Source of the DNA: Hyphochytrium catenoides
Lineage: Eukaryota > Protista > Hyphochytriomycota
DNA: 64,000 nt
Direction: 5' to 3'
NCBI GenBank assembly: GCA_900088475.1
Contig: FLMG01000549.1
Span: forward strand, 62,001 to 126,000
Shown here: piece after piece, positions 11,297 through 24,209 of the stretch
How the letters are laid out: each line of letters opens with the position of its first letter
How positions within the stretch are numbered: position 1 is the stretch's first letter
Program-made: the position numbers and the translations under genes
The notes under the pieces: model-generated
Database searches by the model: none
What the model saw: only the letters and a program-made list of their open reading frames with translations
Told to the model about the DNA's origin: nothing

Positions 11297-13364
11297 ATGT
11301 TTATCAGCAAGTCACAGCGGGTTGCATCAAGGTTAGAGCCTGAAATAGCTTTTCTTTTATCTATAGCCAGTGCTTTGCTAACTAGTCCTTCGAGTTTAGT
11401 CTGCTACGTAGTGGCAAACGGCTTCAGCCCTCAGGACAGCGGGCAAACCAGTTCCATCAAAGTGCATCTTTGGCTGCTAGGATTCTCTGCAGCGATCCCA
11501 TTGAACCTGTCTGTCGTGAGGTTTTCACTGCTAGGGGCCATTCGGTAGATGAAAAGAGCAAGCTGTCTGAAGAGGAGCTATGCGGCATCATTGGCCAGTA
11601 TGATGGCCTTGTCGTCAGAAGTGGCACCAAGGTTACGCCCAGAGTCTTGGAGGCAGCCGGCAAGCTTAAGATTGTCGGTAGAGCAGGCACAGGAGTCGAC
11701 AACATTGATGTCAAAGCTGCCACCAAAAATGGGGTTCTGGTTATGAACACACCTGGAGGGAACACTCTTGCAGCGGCTGAGCTCTCTTTCTCCACACTAT
11801 GCGCTCTCTCCCGTAACATTCCAGCAGCTGTAGCATCGATGAAGCTCCGCAAGTGGGACAGAAAGAAGTACACTGGCGTAGAGCTTAATTCAAAGACAGT
11901 TGCCATTATTGGTCTAGGGAACATCGGACGGCAGGTGGCAGAATGGGCCAAGGCGTTCAACATGCGAGTGATTGGGTTTGACCCCGTCATGAGCGCTGAG
12001 GTTAGTGCGGCTATAGTGGATAGGTTACCTCTTCGTTCCAACCTTGCTTACCACCCCTCGCGTAGGATGCTGCCAAGTATGGCATCGAAAAGCTAGAACT
12101 GGACCAGATCTGGCCACAGGCTGACTTTATTAGCTTGCACACGCCCCTCAATGATGGCACTCGTGGGCTTATCAATGATGAGACCATTGCCAAATGCAAG
12201 AAAGGGGTTCGCATTGTCAACTGTGCTCGTGGAGGTAGAGTCATTTCAAGACGTCGTCCACTTCTGTTTGACAAGGTTTTTCTTCATTAATGTTCCGGTT
12301 CTTCGGCCTGCTCCGTCAAGTCGGTTGTTCTGTGGTAACAATGTTCCTTGCAAAGAGCGAAAGGATCCCTCGCTATGTCCCGCAGCCCATGGTGTGTGCT
12401 TTCCATGCCGTGACCTAACTCACTGTGACCTCTAGGTGTCGTTGATGAAGCCGCTTTACTACGGGGATTGGAGAGCGGACATGTTGCTGGAGCTGCGCTT
12501 GATGTCTATAGCCAGGAACCTCCTCCAGAGTCTCTTAAACCCTTACTGACCCATCCCAAGGTCATTTGCACCCCTCACATCGGCGCCAGCACTGTGGAAG
12601 CGCAAACCAAGGTGGCGGAGCAGATTGCCGTTCAGATTTGCGATGTCTTTGACGGAAAGGATTTCTTCGGAGTCCTTAACGCTTCGCATATGGAACTCGC
12701 CAGCAACCCCGATCTTAAGCCTTTCCTCAGCCTGGGCGAGTCTCTTGGCTCTCTGCAGGCTCAGCAAATGGACGGCGGTATCTCTAAGGTCGTAGTCTAT
12801 ACCAGTGGTGGCCGGGACATTGATATCACCACTCGCAAGGCCAGAGATGCTCTCAAGGCAGCCATTCTAAAGGGTGTTGTCGCAAACTTCATCGAGAATC
12901 CTGCCGAAGCCAATCTCATCAACTCTCCCTCGACGGCTTCGGAACTGGGCATTGAGTTCGAGTTCTCGGACCAGCTGCCGGTCGCAGTACCGCGATTGGG
13001 CGCTTATCGCAACCTATTGGCTGTCAGCGTAGTATCAAAGGAAGGCAAGAGCTCCTTCATCGCTGGCAGTGTGTTTGGTACGGAAGGAAAGGTGGTTCAA
13101 ATGGGCGACTTCAAGGAGTTCCCCATCTTCACACCTCAGGGTACCCTTCTGTCGTTCAACAACGAGGACAGACCTGGCGCGATTGGTGAGGTGCTGAAGA
13201 TTGTGAGCGATGCTAACCTTAACATCGCTAGTATGGGCGTCGGCCGCCAGGAAGGTACCAAGGCCTTGGCTTTCCTGATTCTTGATGACGAAGTTGACGA
13301 GAACACGCTGGCGAAACTCCGCCAGCTGCCAGATTTGGAGAATGTAAAGACTGCATCTTTGTAA
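11297..13364 (+). CDS. serA: Stand-alone D-3-phosphoglycerate dehydrogenase (type I, ASB+ACT) with mitochondrial-type presequence; 4 exons
   Basis: ATG 11297 plus intron 11332-11399 gives [48 protein letters not shown]. Motifs [35 protein letters not shown]; ACT NEDRPG...NLNI; stop directly after the ACT domain (KTASL*). Confidence 0.93.
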
Positions 13365-13600
13365 GGTTCATAAAGCAAACAATTCATGGAGGAGGGAAGC
13401 CATATCGAAGTGCCAAGGATCCAAGTCAATAGTTAGCGATAATTTATTGAGTTGTGGGGGCACTTCTCGTCTGTCTACCCGTGGTGTTTGCGAGAATCAC
13501 CCTCATTAAGAGGCTGACAACGCCATAGCTAGATCACGAGCCGTTGAGGGCCTATCCTGATAATGGTTATAAAGACTTGCCTTTCACCCGCATCTTGTTT

Positions 13601-16600
13601 CTAAGCCAAATAGTTATAGACCTGAGGGTTGTCTTCATCTCTTTCCAGATACTCGCGCTCAATCAGACTCTCTATCCGCTTCTTCAGGTCCGCAGGCTAC
13701 AAGGGAGTAAACCGGGAGGGGAAGGAGAAAGACGGTGCATCAGACCACGTTTGAATCGCTCAAAGAGCCAAGCTTCGAAGGCCCAAGACGTGTAGAATGA
13801 CCACGATTGGTAACCGGGTGAAATCTTCGTTTTACCTTGGCTGGGAACTTTAGCTGACTGAATAGCTCTGACATGAGCATATTATGAGTCAAGGTCTTCC
13901 GCGCCTTCATCGTTCTTACTATTGCTGCATCAACCTACAGTCCTTCATCTTAGCATTTCCAGCAGGAGAGGAAGAGAATAGAGAGAACCACGTGTACGTG
14001 CAGCCATACTCTCACACGGCAGCCGTATAAGAGAAAGAGAGGTGTTCGGACGGGAGAGAGGGGAGCGCCTTCTACCTGGTACTGTCTATCCCGGAAAACT
14101 CGTTCATGAGTTTCCTCATTCTCCTCCACAGTCTCCTTGATTTGGATCTGGTTGATTTTAATCCTCATTAACTTGTTTGAAAAATCTTTGTTGAACTCAA
14201 AGCGATCACCGTCCTCCACATCTTTTCCCTGTCGAACCACCGGTCTAAGTATCGAGATCGCCATAAGGAGATGTAGAAACAGGAATCAAACAGTCTAGGG
14301 AAAGATGGAGAGGCATAATGCAGTTCTGATTGGATGGCAGCAAGGAGAGGATATCTGGTGGACCATGAGAGAGAGAAGGGGCGTCTGTCATAGAGGGTTC
14401 TCATACCCTAGGTATCTTTTGTAGCACTCTAATCTTGCCACAAGCCAGACTCTGCAATGTTCTCCTTAACTCTTTATCCTCTGATTGGTGAGCCCCGGTA
14501 AGTTCAACGATAGCAATTGATGAAAGCTACTGTTGAGAAAAGGTGGTCGTCTGACTAAAAATTACAAGGGGACGTATGATGGTGGCAGTCCGTAAAAACG
14601 GGAGGATTGAGTGCATTCCTACCTAGTCCTGTAGTCTCCTTTATATACTTGAAGTCTAACACATCTGCGTTATTGAAGCAGAGGAGAACAAGGGTCTGGT
14701 ACAGCGACACCTGAAGCTCTTTCCGGCCCTGCATGTCAAAACGTAAGGCTCTCAAACGATTCACCTGCATTCAACCCCTACAGCAAAAAAGTGTGTACCT
14801 TCGGGAAAGCAGTTTTCACCACGCACTGCCCAAGAGAGTGCTGCCAAATGAGCTGCCTGCCACTATATTTGCTCAGATAGAACTTGCGAAAGACCTCCTA
14901 TAAGGATCAAATTGGTACATCCGGTCGAGTCCAGGTCAGAATAAGCAGAACAAGCGGTTCAGCAGAAAGAAACAGGTACAGCTTACTTGGTACTGAGCCA
15001 TCTCGGAAGGAAGGTTGATCTCCAGAGCTGGATAAGGTGGCCAGTACCCCGTGGTAAGCACCTGGACGCTCATGTCTATGTTGTTACCTAGTTGCTCCAA
15101 CTGGGCCCTGCCAGATCCAGCAAAATAGAACATTATCGATTAGGTGCAAATCGGACGGCTGGTAGGATTTTCCAACCTGCTTGGAGCGTGCTGCTCAAAG
15201 GACGTCATGATATCACGCGAAAGGTCAATATCCTTGAACATGCCCTCCAACTGCCAATATACCGTGGGAAGGGATAAAAAGTGATAGAGGAAGGGATGAT
15301 GAGTGTGGCCGAAATACGATATCCCTGTGGGAGAGGACCACGTAGATGCCCAAGAGAGACAAGCTGAGCAGCATCACGCAACTTGACAACAGAGGTGAGA
15401 TACGGCAACAGAGGAGGGAAGACACCTTATTTGTGAAGGAGTTTCCGCATTCGGTTTTCAGTTTCGATATCATTGACTTCTCAGCATCAAACGATGCGCT
15501 CTTGCCTATGAAAGCAGATGAAAGAATGTAACCAACCGAGGCCTTGTAAGGATGCAGCTGAAAGACAGAAAACTGGGGTTGAGCCGTACCCAAGAGTAGC
15601 CGTTTTGCGAGGTCTTTCTTGTAGAATGCTTCAAAGACATCCTTGCCCTGTTGCGGGCCGAACAGTGAGCAGCAATCGGCGCCCGAAAAGGTAGTTCAAG
15701 GATAGATAGAGTCATGCACAGCTTCTTTTGACACCCAAGACTTCTGCGCACCTGAATGTATCGAAACAGGACCATAACCTTATCAAGAAGCCCTTCGAGT
15801 TCATCGTCACTTGTTCCTTTCTGTCCTGCCCTGAGCTTCATGTCAATAAATTTTGCAATGAGCTCAGCTGGCCGATTCTGGCGAGCGTTTATGAAGTACT
15901 CAAAGCCCTCCTAAATATAAGATAAAGGCGTTAGATATGGGTTAACAGGCAAGGTGTAAGTCCCAGGAGAAGGCCAAGTGCAAGAGGTAAGCAAGACTAG
16001 TGACTTCGACAGGGTCAAACGCAAATGGTCCCTGTTCACAATAAGAGGATGTCTGTAGGTTTGTCATTCAAAGAAGACGAATCTTCGCGTGCGTCAGAGC
16101 CGCACAGGATGGCAAGGAAGAATCCCATCACAGAAAGAACCGAACCTTTAGTGCGTAGGTGTATTTCTCGTTAAGATCGAAGGACTGCTCTAGAATCTTG
16201 TCCAACCGAGCCTTAAACTTGAGCAAGTTGTCAACCTACTCATAGTGAAAGCTTAACATTAACGTAGCGCTTGCGGACGGAAGAAGAGCATATTACCATA
16301 TCCTTTTCATTTTCTTGATCGTTGATGATCTCGAGCCCCTTCCTTCGAATATAGACATTCCATGCTGCCTTCAGCTAAAAGGAAAGTAAGAGGGTAAGAG
16401 CACTATACTGATAAATGTCATAAGAGAGAAGGATGCGCTATACGTAGAGGAGAGGGACCGATATGGAGAGCCAAAAACAGGTGGCAGTAGTGCACGGGAC
16501 AGCTGCTCACCTCCTCCAAGGCGTCGACTCTGCTGAAGAGATAGTACATCCTTTTAAGGTCTTCTTGCGCATCGCCATCCATTAAGCCATCGAAGCCCTT

Positions 16601-17982
16601 TTCAACTACAATAGATGTGTGCGGGCGCAGAAGATGTTGCTCCACGCAGGTAATTAGAGGCTTGCGCGTGGAAGGGTCCAGATATTGTGTCACTCGATCG
16701 CTAGCCTGCTGAAGCCTGCATAGCCAAGCCAGTGAGCAAGAGCCATCGTCAATGCACCTTCCTAGAATCCCGAATATCGCGCAAGTCCAACTAAGGCTCT
16801 TTGGTACGGACTCCCAACCTCCTTACCTGTTTTCAACATGGATAAGGAACTCCCGCACGTTGCTCTGGTCCATGTACTTTTCCCCCTCTGCCTGGTAGAA
16901 AATCTCTGTCCCCGCGATGAACGGGCCTTCAAATTTCTCATGGTAAAGCTTGACAGCGCGGTTAGAACTGAGCGACTTTATGCTCATTTCTATGATTTGC
17001 GCTAGTCACATTATACTGCTGCAGCTACTGAGTTCGCCCCTTCCCTTAGTAAATCTACCATGACAACGCGTCTCCCTCTTCGCCTACCTGCAGAGATACT
17101 AGCATGCGGATCAGGTTCCGTACGAGCAGACGGTTGATGGCCTCACCCCGGCGTTCCCGCTCAATGAGGGCGAGAATTCCATGGACAAGCTTGTGCTCGA
17201 TCTACACGGAGGGCAGCATGAGGAGTGAGCCCAGGCTTTTCGGTCCACCTCTTCTTCAAAAAAGGCCATGGACCACCTATATTTGACCTCAAACTCACCT
17301 CGGACTTCGCTAGAATATTTCTACGTAGCAATTGTAACCCCATGTCCCATAAGGACTTGACATTAGCTGTCTGCAGGACATAGGTCCTGTCAAGATAGAG
17401 GAAGATACTTCTTATAGTGAGCATGTGCTCGCAATGGTCCTGCCAAACTCGGTCGATCATCTCCAAGAACGATTCTTGGTCCGGAGAGGCCGCTGTTAGA
17501 CCTTCAAACACCAATGAAACGTGCTGGGTGCATACTTCTTCCAATCGAGAATATAAGCTGAGTGAGGGAAATGTCAGACAAAACTATGCTCCAACCCTTC
17601 GGAAGGTGATGACGGGACATTTTCAATCGCCTACCTGGCACTCATCTTATGGATACACATCTCTTCTACAGCGCGGTATAGCTCCTCCCTATTGTAAGCC
17701 ACTGGCTTCTTTTGATGAACTGCCACCACAGCTTCCCGCAACCTTTCCCAGGTTACATCTTCATAGTTATCTGGAAGCTTTGGGACACTCTTGAAGATCC
17801 AGTGAAGGATATGGTGGCAACAATCATTAGAGACCTTGGCAGAACCCTGCGATTTGAGTTTGATCTAGAGTTACCTTTAGTGTTTTTATTACAAGCTTCT
17901 TCTTGGGCTGCTGTGAGAGCGAGCCGCTGGGGCGAGCTGAGACGCCCTTGCCAGCACGAGCACTTGCACTCCCAGATATCAT
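13601..17982 (-). CDS. CUL4: Cullin-4, multi-exon
   Basis: N-terminus [30 protein letters not shown]; [13 protein letters not shown]; [39 protein letters not shown]; VLTTGYWP; [18 protein letters not shown] (neddylation site); ends [23 protein letters not shown]. Confidence 0.93.
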
Positions 17983-18805
17983 ACTCTCTTCTTACCCCTG
18001 TCACGTGACGGGGGGGGCTCGGTTCGTGTTCCTAGACTCTAACTTAGGCTTCTTGCAGTAGGGAGGGAAATGGGGTCGGGGACGCCGTCCGAGGGGTTAT
18101 CTTGCTAGCACACTTTCCTCGGCCTTGCCTCTCCCTCCTTCAGTCGTTGGTAGTTCCCACCGAGGACATTTACTGGGTATAGCGCGGAATTGGCACACAC
18201 GGGCCTGCTTGAGGGCCAAGAAGCCCCCAGCGCTGACTGCACTTCCCACCTTCACAAGCCACAGAACGTGGTAAACTGACCGATAGACAGACAATGGATG
18301 AAGGAGCGCCTTCAACTGATCCGTGCCACTGTCAGCCTTGAGGCGTTCAGAACTATGAGCTCAGCAAAGCATTGAGATTCTTCGCATTGGCGCCAGAAAA
18401 GAAAGGGCAAACCTTTGTGTTTGTTCAGAGATATCATGCAACTGGATCCGGAACCTCTTTCTCCTTATGCGGAATACTTAACTCTGTTGTTCCTCCTATT
18501 CGTAATAAGGCTATTTCTCTTCACTGTACCAACTTTCCCAGCCAAGCTGAGATCACCCCCAGGATAAATGTGACAGACAAATCAACAACCTCCGTCACGC
18601 CCACTCTCCCATCATTATGCACTTTCTTGCCTGTGCTGCCACCTCCTCCCCGAATGATGCTATGTTATGAATCGCTGGGCAGCTAGCTGAGGGAGACGAC
18701 AAGGTATATAAATCGACATCGTCATTCAGTGATACACCTTAAGAATAGTGCCTACTGTTCTTACAAATGTCACTTAGGTTAGAGCCTACTGTCCTGCATT
18801 GGGGT

Positions 18806-21048
18806 TCAGTGATGCACCGCGGCTCTGGGCTGAGGAGGTCTGTCCAGCAGAGCAGGGACAGGCTTTTCAGTATAAAACTCAATGAGTTCGTTGGCACGGT
18901 GTACGATGTTGGCAGCAGTGATGCCGAACTTGGCATATACATCGGCTAGCTGGCCTGAGGCGCCAAAAGTGGTCATTCCTACATGAGCATGAGCATACCT
19001 GCTCCAGCCAAAGATATGCAGCGCTTCGACGCTGAGAATGGGGATGCCCTCAGGAAAGACACTGGTCTTATAGTCATCAGAGGTCTCCTCGAAGAGTGAC
19101 ATCGATGGCATGGAGACAACCCTTGACTTCTTGCCTTGGTTCTTCAACAACTTTGCGGCTTCCACCGCCAAAGCAACTTCAGAGCCCGTAGCCACAAGGA
19201 CTACGTCGAGATCCTTCCCATCAGTTGTCCCATACTCCTTTAGTACATAGGCTCCTTTATAGACCTTTTCTGCAGAGCTGCCCTCCAGCTGCGGGAGACC
19301 CTGTCTAGAGAGGGCTAGTACTGAAGGTTTATGCCTGTGCTCCACAGCCCACATATAGGAGCCTGCAACCTCATTACCATCAGCAGGCCGGAACTCGTAC
19401 ATCTCCGGCGTAGCGCGAATGAGAGCCAGAGTCTCCACAGGCTGATGGGTAGGACCATCCTCACCGAGACCAATGGAGTCATGGGTCATAATGTAAATGA
19501 CTCCAAACTTTGAAAGAGCGCTCAAACGGGCAGCTCCCCACGCGTACGTGATGAAGTTAAGGAAGGTGGCGCAGAAAGGTATGATGCCACCCACGGTGAA
19601 GAGCCCGTTGCAGAAGGCTGCCATAGCGTGTTCCCGGACCCCGAAACGGAAGTAACGGCCCTCGGGTGTCTTTCTTTGAAAGTCTCCACTGCATTTCAGG
19701 GCCGTGAGGTTGGAGTGCGTTAGGTCTGCCGAGCCACCAATGAGTTCAGGAAGGATGGGCGCAAGCGCGTTTAGGCACATTTCAGAGAGCTGCCTCGTGG
19801 CCATGGCCTTGTCGCCAGGCTTGAAGCGTGGTAATACCTTCTTCCAGTCCTGCGGAAGCTCCTTGCGAATCACACGACGGGTGAACTCCGCAGCCAGGTC
19901 GGGATACTTTTCGGAGTACTTAGCGAAAAGATCATTCCATTTCTTCTCGGCATCTGCGCCTTCCTTTTCATGGTTATAATAAGCACCAACGTCTGCAGGA
20001 ATCTGGAAGCTCTTCTCAGGGTCAAATCCAAACTTCTTTCTGACGTTGGCTAGGTCTTCGCCGGTCAGGGGAGCACCATGGACGCCAGCAGTGTTCTCCT
20101 TTGCGGACCCGAAGCCAATGACGGTCCTGATCTTGATAATAGACGGCTTATTCTTAACTGCCTTCGCTGCTTCTACAGCCTTGAAGATAGCATTTGCGTC
20201 GTGGTTACCGTCAGTCACAGTTTGGGTATGCCATCCGTAAGCCTCATAGCGCTTAAGCACATCCTCTGTAAAGGAGAGATCTGTGCGCCCATCAATAGTG
20301 ATCTCGTTATCGTCATAAAGGACGATAAGTTTGCCCAAGCCCAAATGGCCCGCAAGAGAACCGGCCTGCAGAGGACATTCAAGATTAAGGGCGTCATGAC
20401 ATGAATCTTTCCACCGTGAGATCTGAGCCTCACCTCCGCAGAAACGCCCTCCTGGAGACAACCATCACCGCAGATGACGAAGGTGTAGCTGTCAATGATA
20501 GGGAACCCTTCTCTGTTAAAAATGGCAGCCAAATGGGCCTCTCCCGCAGCAGCGCCTACTGCATTAGAGATACCTTGACCAAGGGGCCCTGTGCATACTT
20601 CGATTCCAGGGGTGCAGAAGTTCTCGGGGTGGCCAGGGGTCTTGGAGTTCAGTTTTCTGAAGCTCTTGAGGTCGTCTAAGGTGACATCGTACCCAGTAAG
20701 ATGCAGCATGGCGTACTGCAGCGCACAAGCATGGCCATTTGACAAAATGAATCTGTCACGGTTTACCCAGTCTGGGTTCTTGGGGTTATACCTCATCACC
20801 TGCATTCGACCTCTAGTTAGGTCCCTTATTGAGCAATTTTCCTGAGCAAGTTCACGAACCTTCTTCCATAGTACATGTGCCATTGGCGCGCAACCCATTG
20901 GCGCACCGGGATGGCCCGACTTCCCCGCAGAGGGCATCTCAGCACCCAAAAGCCTTATGGTGTTGATGCAATGGGCTTCATCTGGAGTTGCCTTCATCCG
21001 CTTGGGAGAGGATGCCTTTGGAGACAGGGGCGCCGTTTTGGTTGCCAT
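18806..21048 (-). CDS. TKT: Transketolase, probably cytosolic (no targeting peptide); 2 coding introns and a probable 5'-UTR intron
   Basis: [42 protein letters not shown] (ThDP motif), [30 protein letters not shown]. Confidence 0.96.
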
Positions 21049-22192
21049 GGCTGTAGCGAATGAATGATTAGCACGTGTCTAGTCAGCGAAGGGGTCATCT
21101 TTGATAACCTGCTCACCTGCTATTGGAACAGACCTCAAGAGCTTCAAGCGGTGGTGAGTCAGGAAGTTGATGGTGAAGTGCTGTCGTCTGACAACTGGCT
21201 GGTACTCTTACTGAACTCTCAGCCCAGGATAGATCAGGTCTGAAAGTGCACCCGCTAAGAGCGAACCCGAGGAGATCTTCGTCCAATCAGTCTCGTCTCT
21301 CTCGTCTCTTCCTTGGATAATAATTGAAGCGATAGACCAACCACGTCCTCCTTGCTGTTCATCCTAATCAGGAGGCGGGCCGGGCCAGCTGGACGACTGT
21401 GAGGGACAAAAGATCTCATCAGACAATCCACGGCACTGTCTGGCTGAGTGGTGTTCCCTCGTCCGCTGTACTACACGATACAAGTACAACATCTGTCTGT
21501 TCTCACACTCCTCTGTCATAACACCTGTACTGCTATAATAACATGCCATGTTTTTGGCACCCCAACCAGTCATAATACCCTATGAAGAGCGCTTAGTAAT
21601 GACGTCGTATTCTCGCTTGACATTTCGTTTTCGACTGAAGTTCGACAGTGGTACCGCTATTCCCGATATATATGGATATTATCTTTAATAAAAGGTACTT
21701 CTCCTCAGTACCCGCCTACTGTATGTATGTGGATTCTGAACCTTGCAGATCATACAATAATACTTGAAAGCTTACCTCTAAGGTTATCAATAAAGCACGT
21801 ACCTTCAGTAACTAGAGACCATCGCCGACATCTTGAAGGATCCATAGTGATAAAGTGGATGATGGCGCTCGATGAGAAGTAGTTCCTACAGGTACAGCTG
21901 TTCCTACTCCTTCGTAGGAATGAGATAGACACTGTCAGGACTGCAGAGAGGCGAGAGGACTTTCATTCAGCCTTAAGCAAACTGGGCATACAAAGCGCTA
22001 CGAGTAGCTCTGGCGTTCCTGTCTTGCAGGCGAGGGCCCTTCCCTGAGATCTGCATTGCAGCGACTGCAGGGATCCCCTCATAGAAGGAGAGAGACGCTG
22101 TTTAAGATATTTTATCTGTAAGGCCCATGGAGGCCTTAGGAGCTAGTGCTGGGCCCTCATTCCACCCATCTAAACCAAAGAGGTAGCTTTTT

Positions 22193-23886
22193 ATGGAGCT
22201 TTTGGCTGAATATCTATCCTCAGATGACTCTGCCAAGGAAGAGCAGCTGCCGAAGCCGGTTGTGCCGGAATCCCACACAGGGGTTCAAGCAAAGCCCTCG
22301 ATAAAGCGTCGCCCTTTAAGCACATCCGCTTCTGGCTGCCGTCCTTATGTCTCAAAGCGACAGAAAGCCTTGGTGGAGGATATACAGAAAGAATTCAAGG
22401 CTCTATCTTCCGATAGCAGAACTTATATCAGCCCATCACTGACAAAAGATAATGTGGAACTGGTCACCACAATCAAGGATGTCAGTGGAATTGGCCCTGG
22501 GCTTCGAGCCCTATTGCGGAGCAACAACAAGCATTGCGGGCGGAGCTGGCCCAAGAACGTTTCATTCAGGGAAGCGACACCTTCAGGAAAGCCAATCAGC
22601 TCCCTGCGTTGGTCCACGGGCAAGGGATCGTTGCTGGCATCCGCCTCGCATGGGGGGGAGGTAGTTCTCTGGGAGACCTTTGAGAGGCGCCGTATGGTCC
22701 GGTGTTTTACTGACCATACAGGGGGAGTGCGGGCCCTAGGGTGGAGCCGCGACAGGTAATATCGAAGCGTTATCGGTCCAACTTCCCCACGTTGACCTAA
22801 TGGTACATATTGGGGTATAGTTCTATCATAGCTTCAGGAGGCTATGACAAGCAGCTTCTGTTCACGAACGTGGAGACTGGGCGTCTGGCTGCTCACTATG
22901 GGCAGACCGAGGGCATCACCGCCATTGCATCTGTGCCTAATGCCGATAATCTCTTTGTCGTCGGCATGGAGTCTTCCGGTACAGAGTCATTAGCAAACTC
23001 TTAATTCCTGTAAGCTAATCTTCGCATAAAAAGGCCTTTTCTGTCTTGACAGAAGGTCAAAAGCAGTGATTAGGGCTTTCAAGGGCTGCTTTGGAGAGGT
23101 TCAAGACATCGCATTTTTGCCGGATGCGGAGTACTTCGTCTCCTCTAATAATGTTAAGAGAAAAAGTGGCATTGACCGCTCCTTGCTTGTGTGGAGTCTG
23201 AGCACGGTACGGTCACTTAGCACCTTTTGCAGACGGTACGAGAGCTAAAGACGTCTCCATAGGGTGCAATCGTCTCAAATCAGCTTTACATGGAAGCCTT
23301 CACATGCCCATCCATACGGGTGAGTCCTGTTGTCTGTTGCTTCCCGATACGTCCTTTAGCGGTCGACAAACATTTACAGCATTTTCATAGGTCTCACCTG
23401 CGAATGAGGCTCTCTACGCTCAGTCTCACGGCAACTATATCGCAGAGTTCTCCATCCACCCTCCATATCGCATGAACAAATTCAAGGTATATGCAACCAT
23501 TATACACATTATGAATGGAGTGAGGGCCCGAGTGAAGGCAACAGGGAACGTACTGTGTTAGCGTTACTAAGGGTCTCGCTGCCAGCGCTTTGAAGGTCAC
23601 AGTGTCGGAGGCAGTGCTATTCAAATCAGTTTAAACGCCTCAGAGACGGTGCTTGCGAGTGGCTCTGTGGATGGCGGCATTTTCTATTATGATGTCAGGT
23701 CTGTGAGATGATCCTTGTTTATAGGCTCCCCGCCTTACGCCGTTCCTGTTGCCCAGGTCCGCTCAGCTCTTGCATAAACAGTCAGGACTGCACCAATCAA
23801 TCTGCACGGCTGCAGAATTTCACCCGATTTTAGAAACTACTCTGGCAACGGCAGACTGGGCCGGCAACGTTACCATCCAAATGTAG
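22193..23886 (+). CDS. WDR25: WD40-repeat protein, WDR25/PRP17-related, multi-exon
   Basis: N-terminus MELLAEYLSSDDS and RPYVSKRQK; WD repeats LLASASHGGEVVLWE, DHTGGVRALGWS, ASGGYDKQL, SNQLYMEAFTCPSI, KRFEGHSVGG, LASGSVDGGIFYYD, FHPILETTLATADWAG. Confidence 0.75.
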
Positions 23887-24209
23887 CGGTCATGGAGCGG
23901 GAGCTCGCATTTTATTTATTTAGCTATTTATAGCGCTATTTGGTACTAAGAGAGGGTTCAGTATCCGTCGGTCCACCACAGTCACCTTTGCGCATTGACC
24001 CAGTCACCTATGCTGAGTATTGGCCGGCCAACTGCCTGGACTTCAGACATAGCACCTTCCCGTGCGGGCTCAAATTCCCTTATTAGGGAAGAAGCAAAGA
24101 AGGCCGGCCCCACAAACTAGTAGCGCGGAGTCCTAGTAAGGTGACTTCCTGGAGCCATGGAGCAGTGGAAGAGGGAATCTTTACTGATGAGCACTACCAC
24201 TGCGCCCAG

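Noticed and set aside
11457-12041. Long antisense ORFs opposite PGDH, and similar ones opposite transketolase, AFG2 and GH72
   Set aside because: Shadow ORFs produced by codon bias on the coding strand.
18000-18009. GTCACGTGAC palindrome (E-box/G-box) just upstream of the CUL4 ATG
   Set aside because: Single occurrence, 18 bp from the start codon and probably within the 5' UTR; no independent support.
21803-21885. Exon-like segment on the - strand flanked by TGTAG and GTACGT
   Set aside because: No partner exons or recognisable translation; could be chance or a non-coding transketolase exon.
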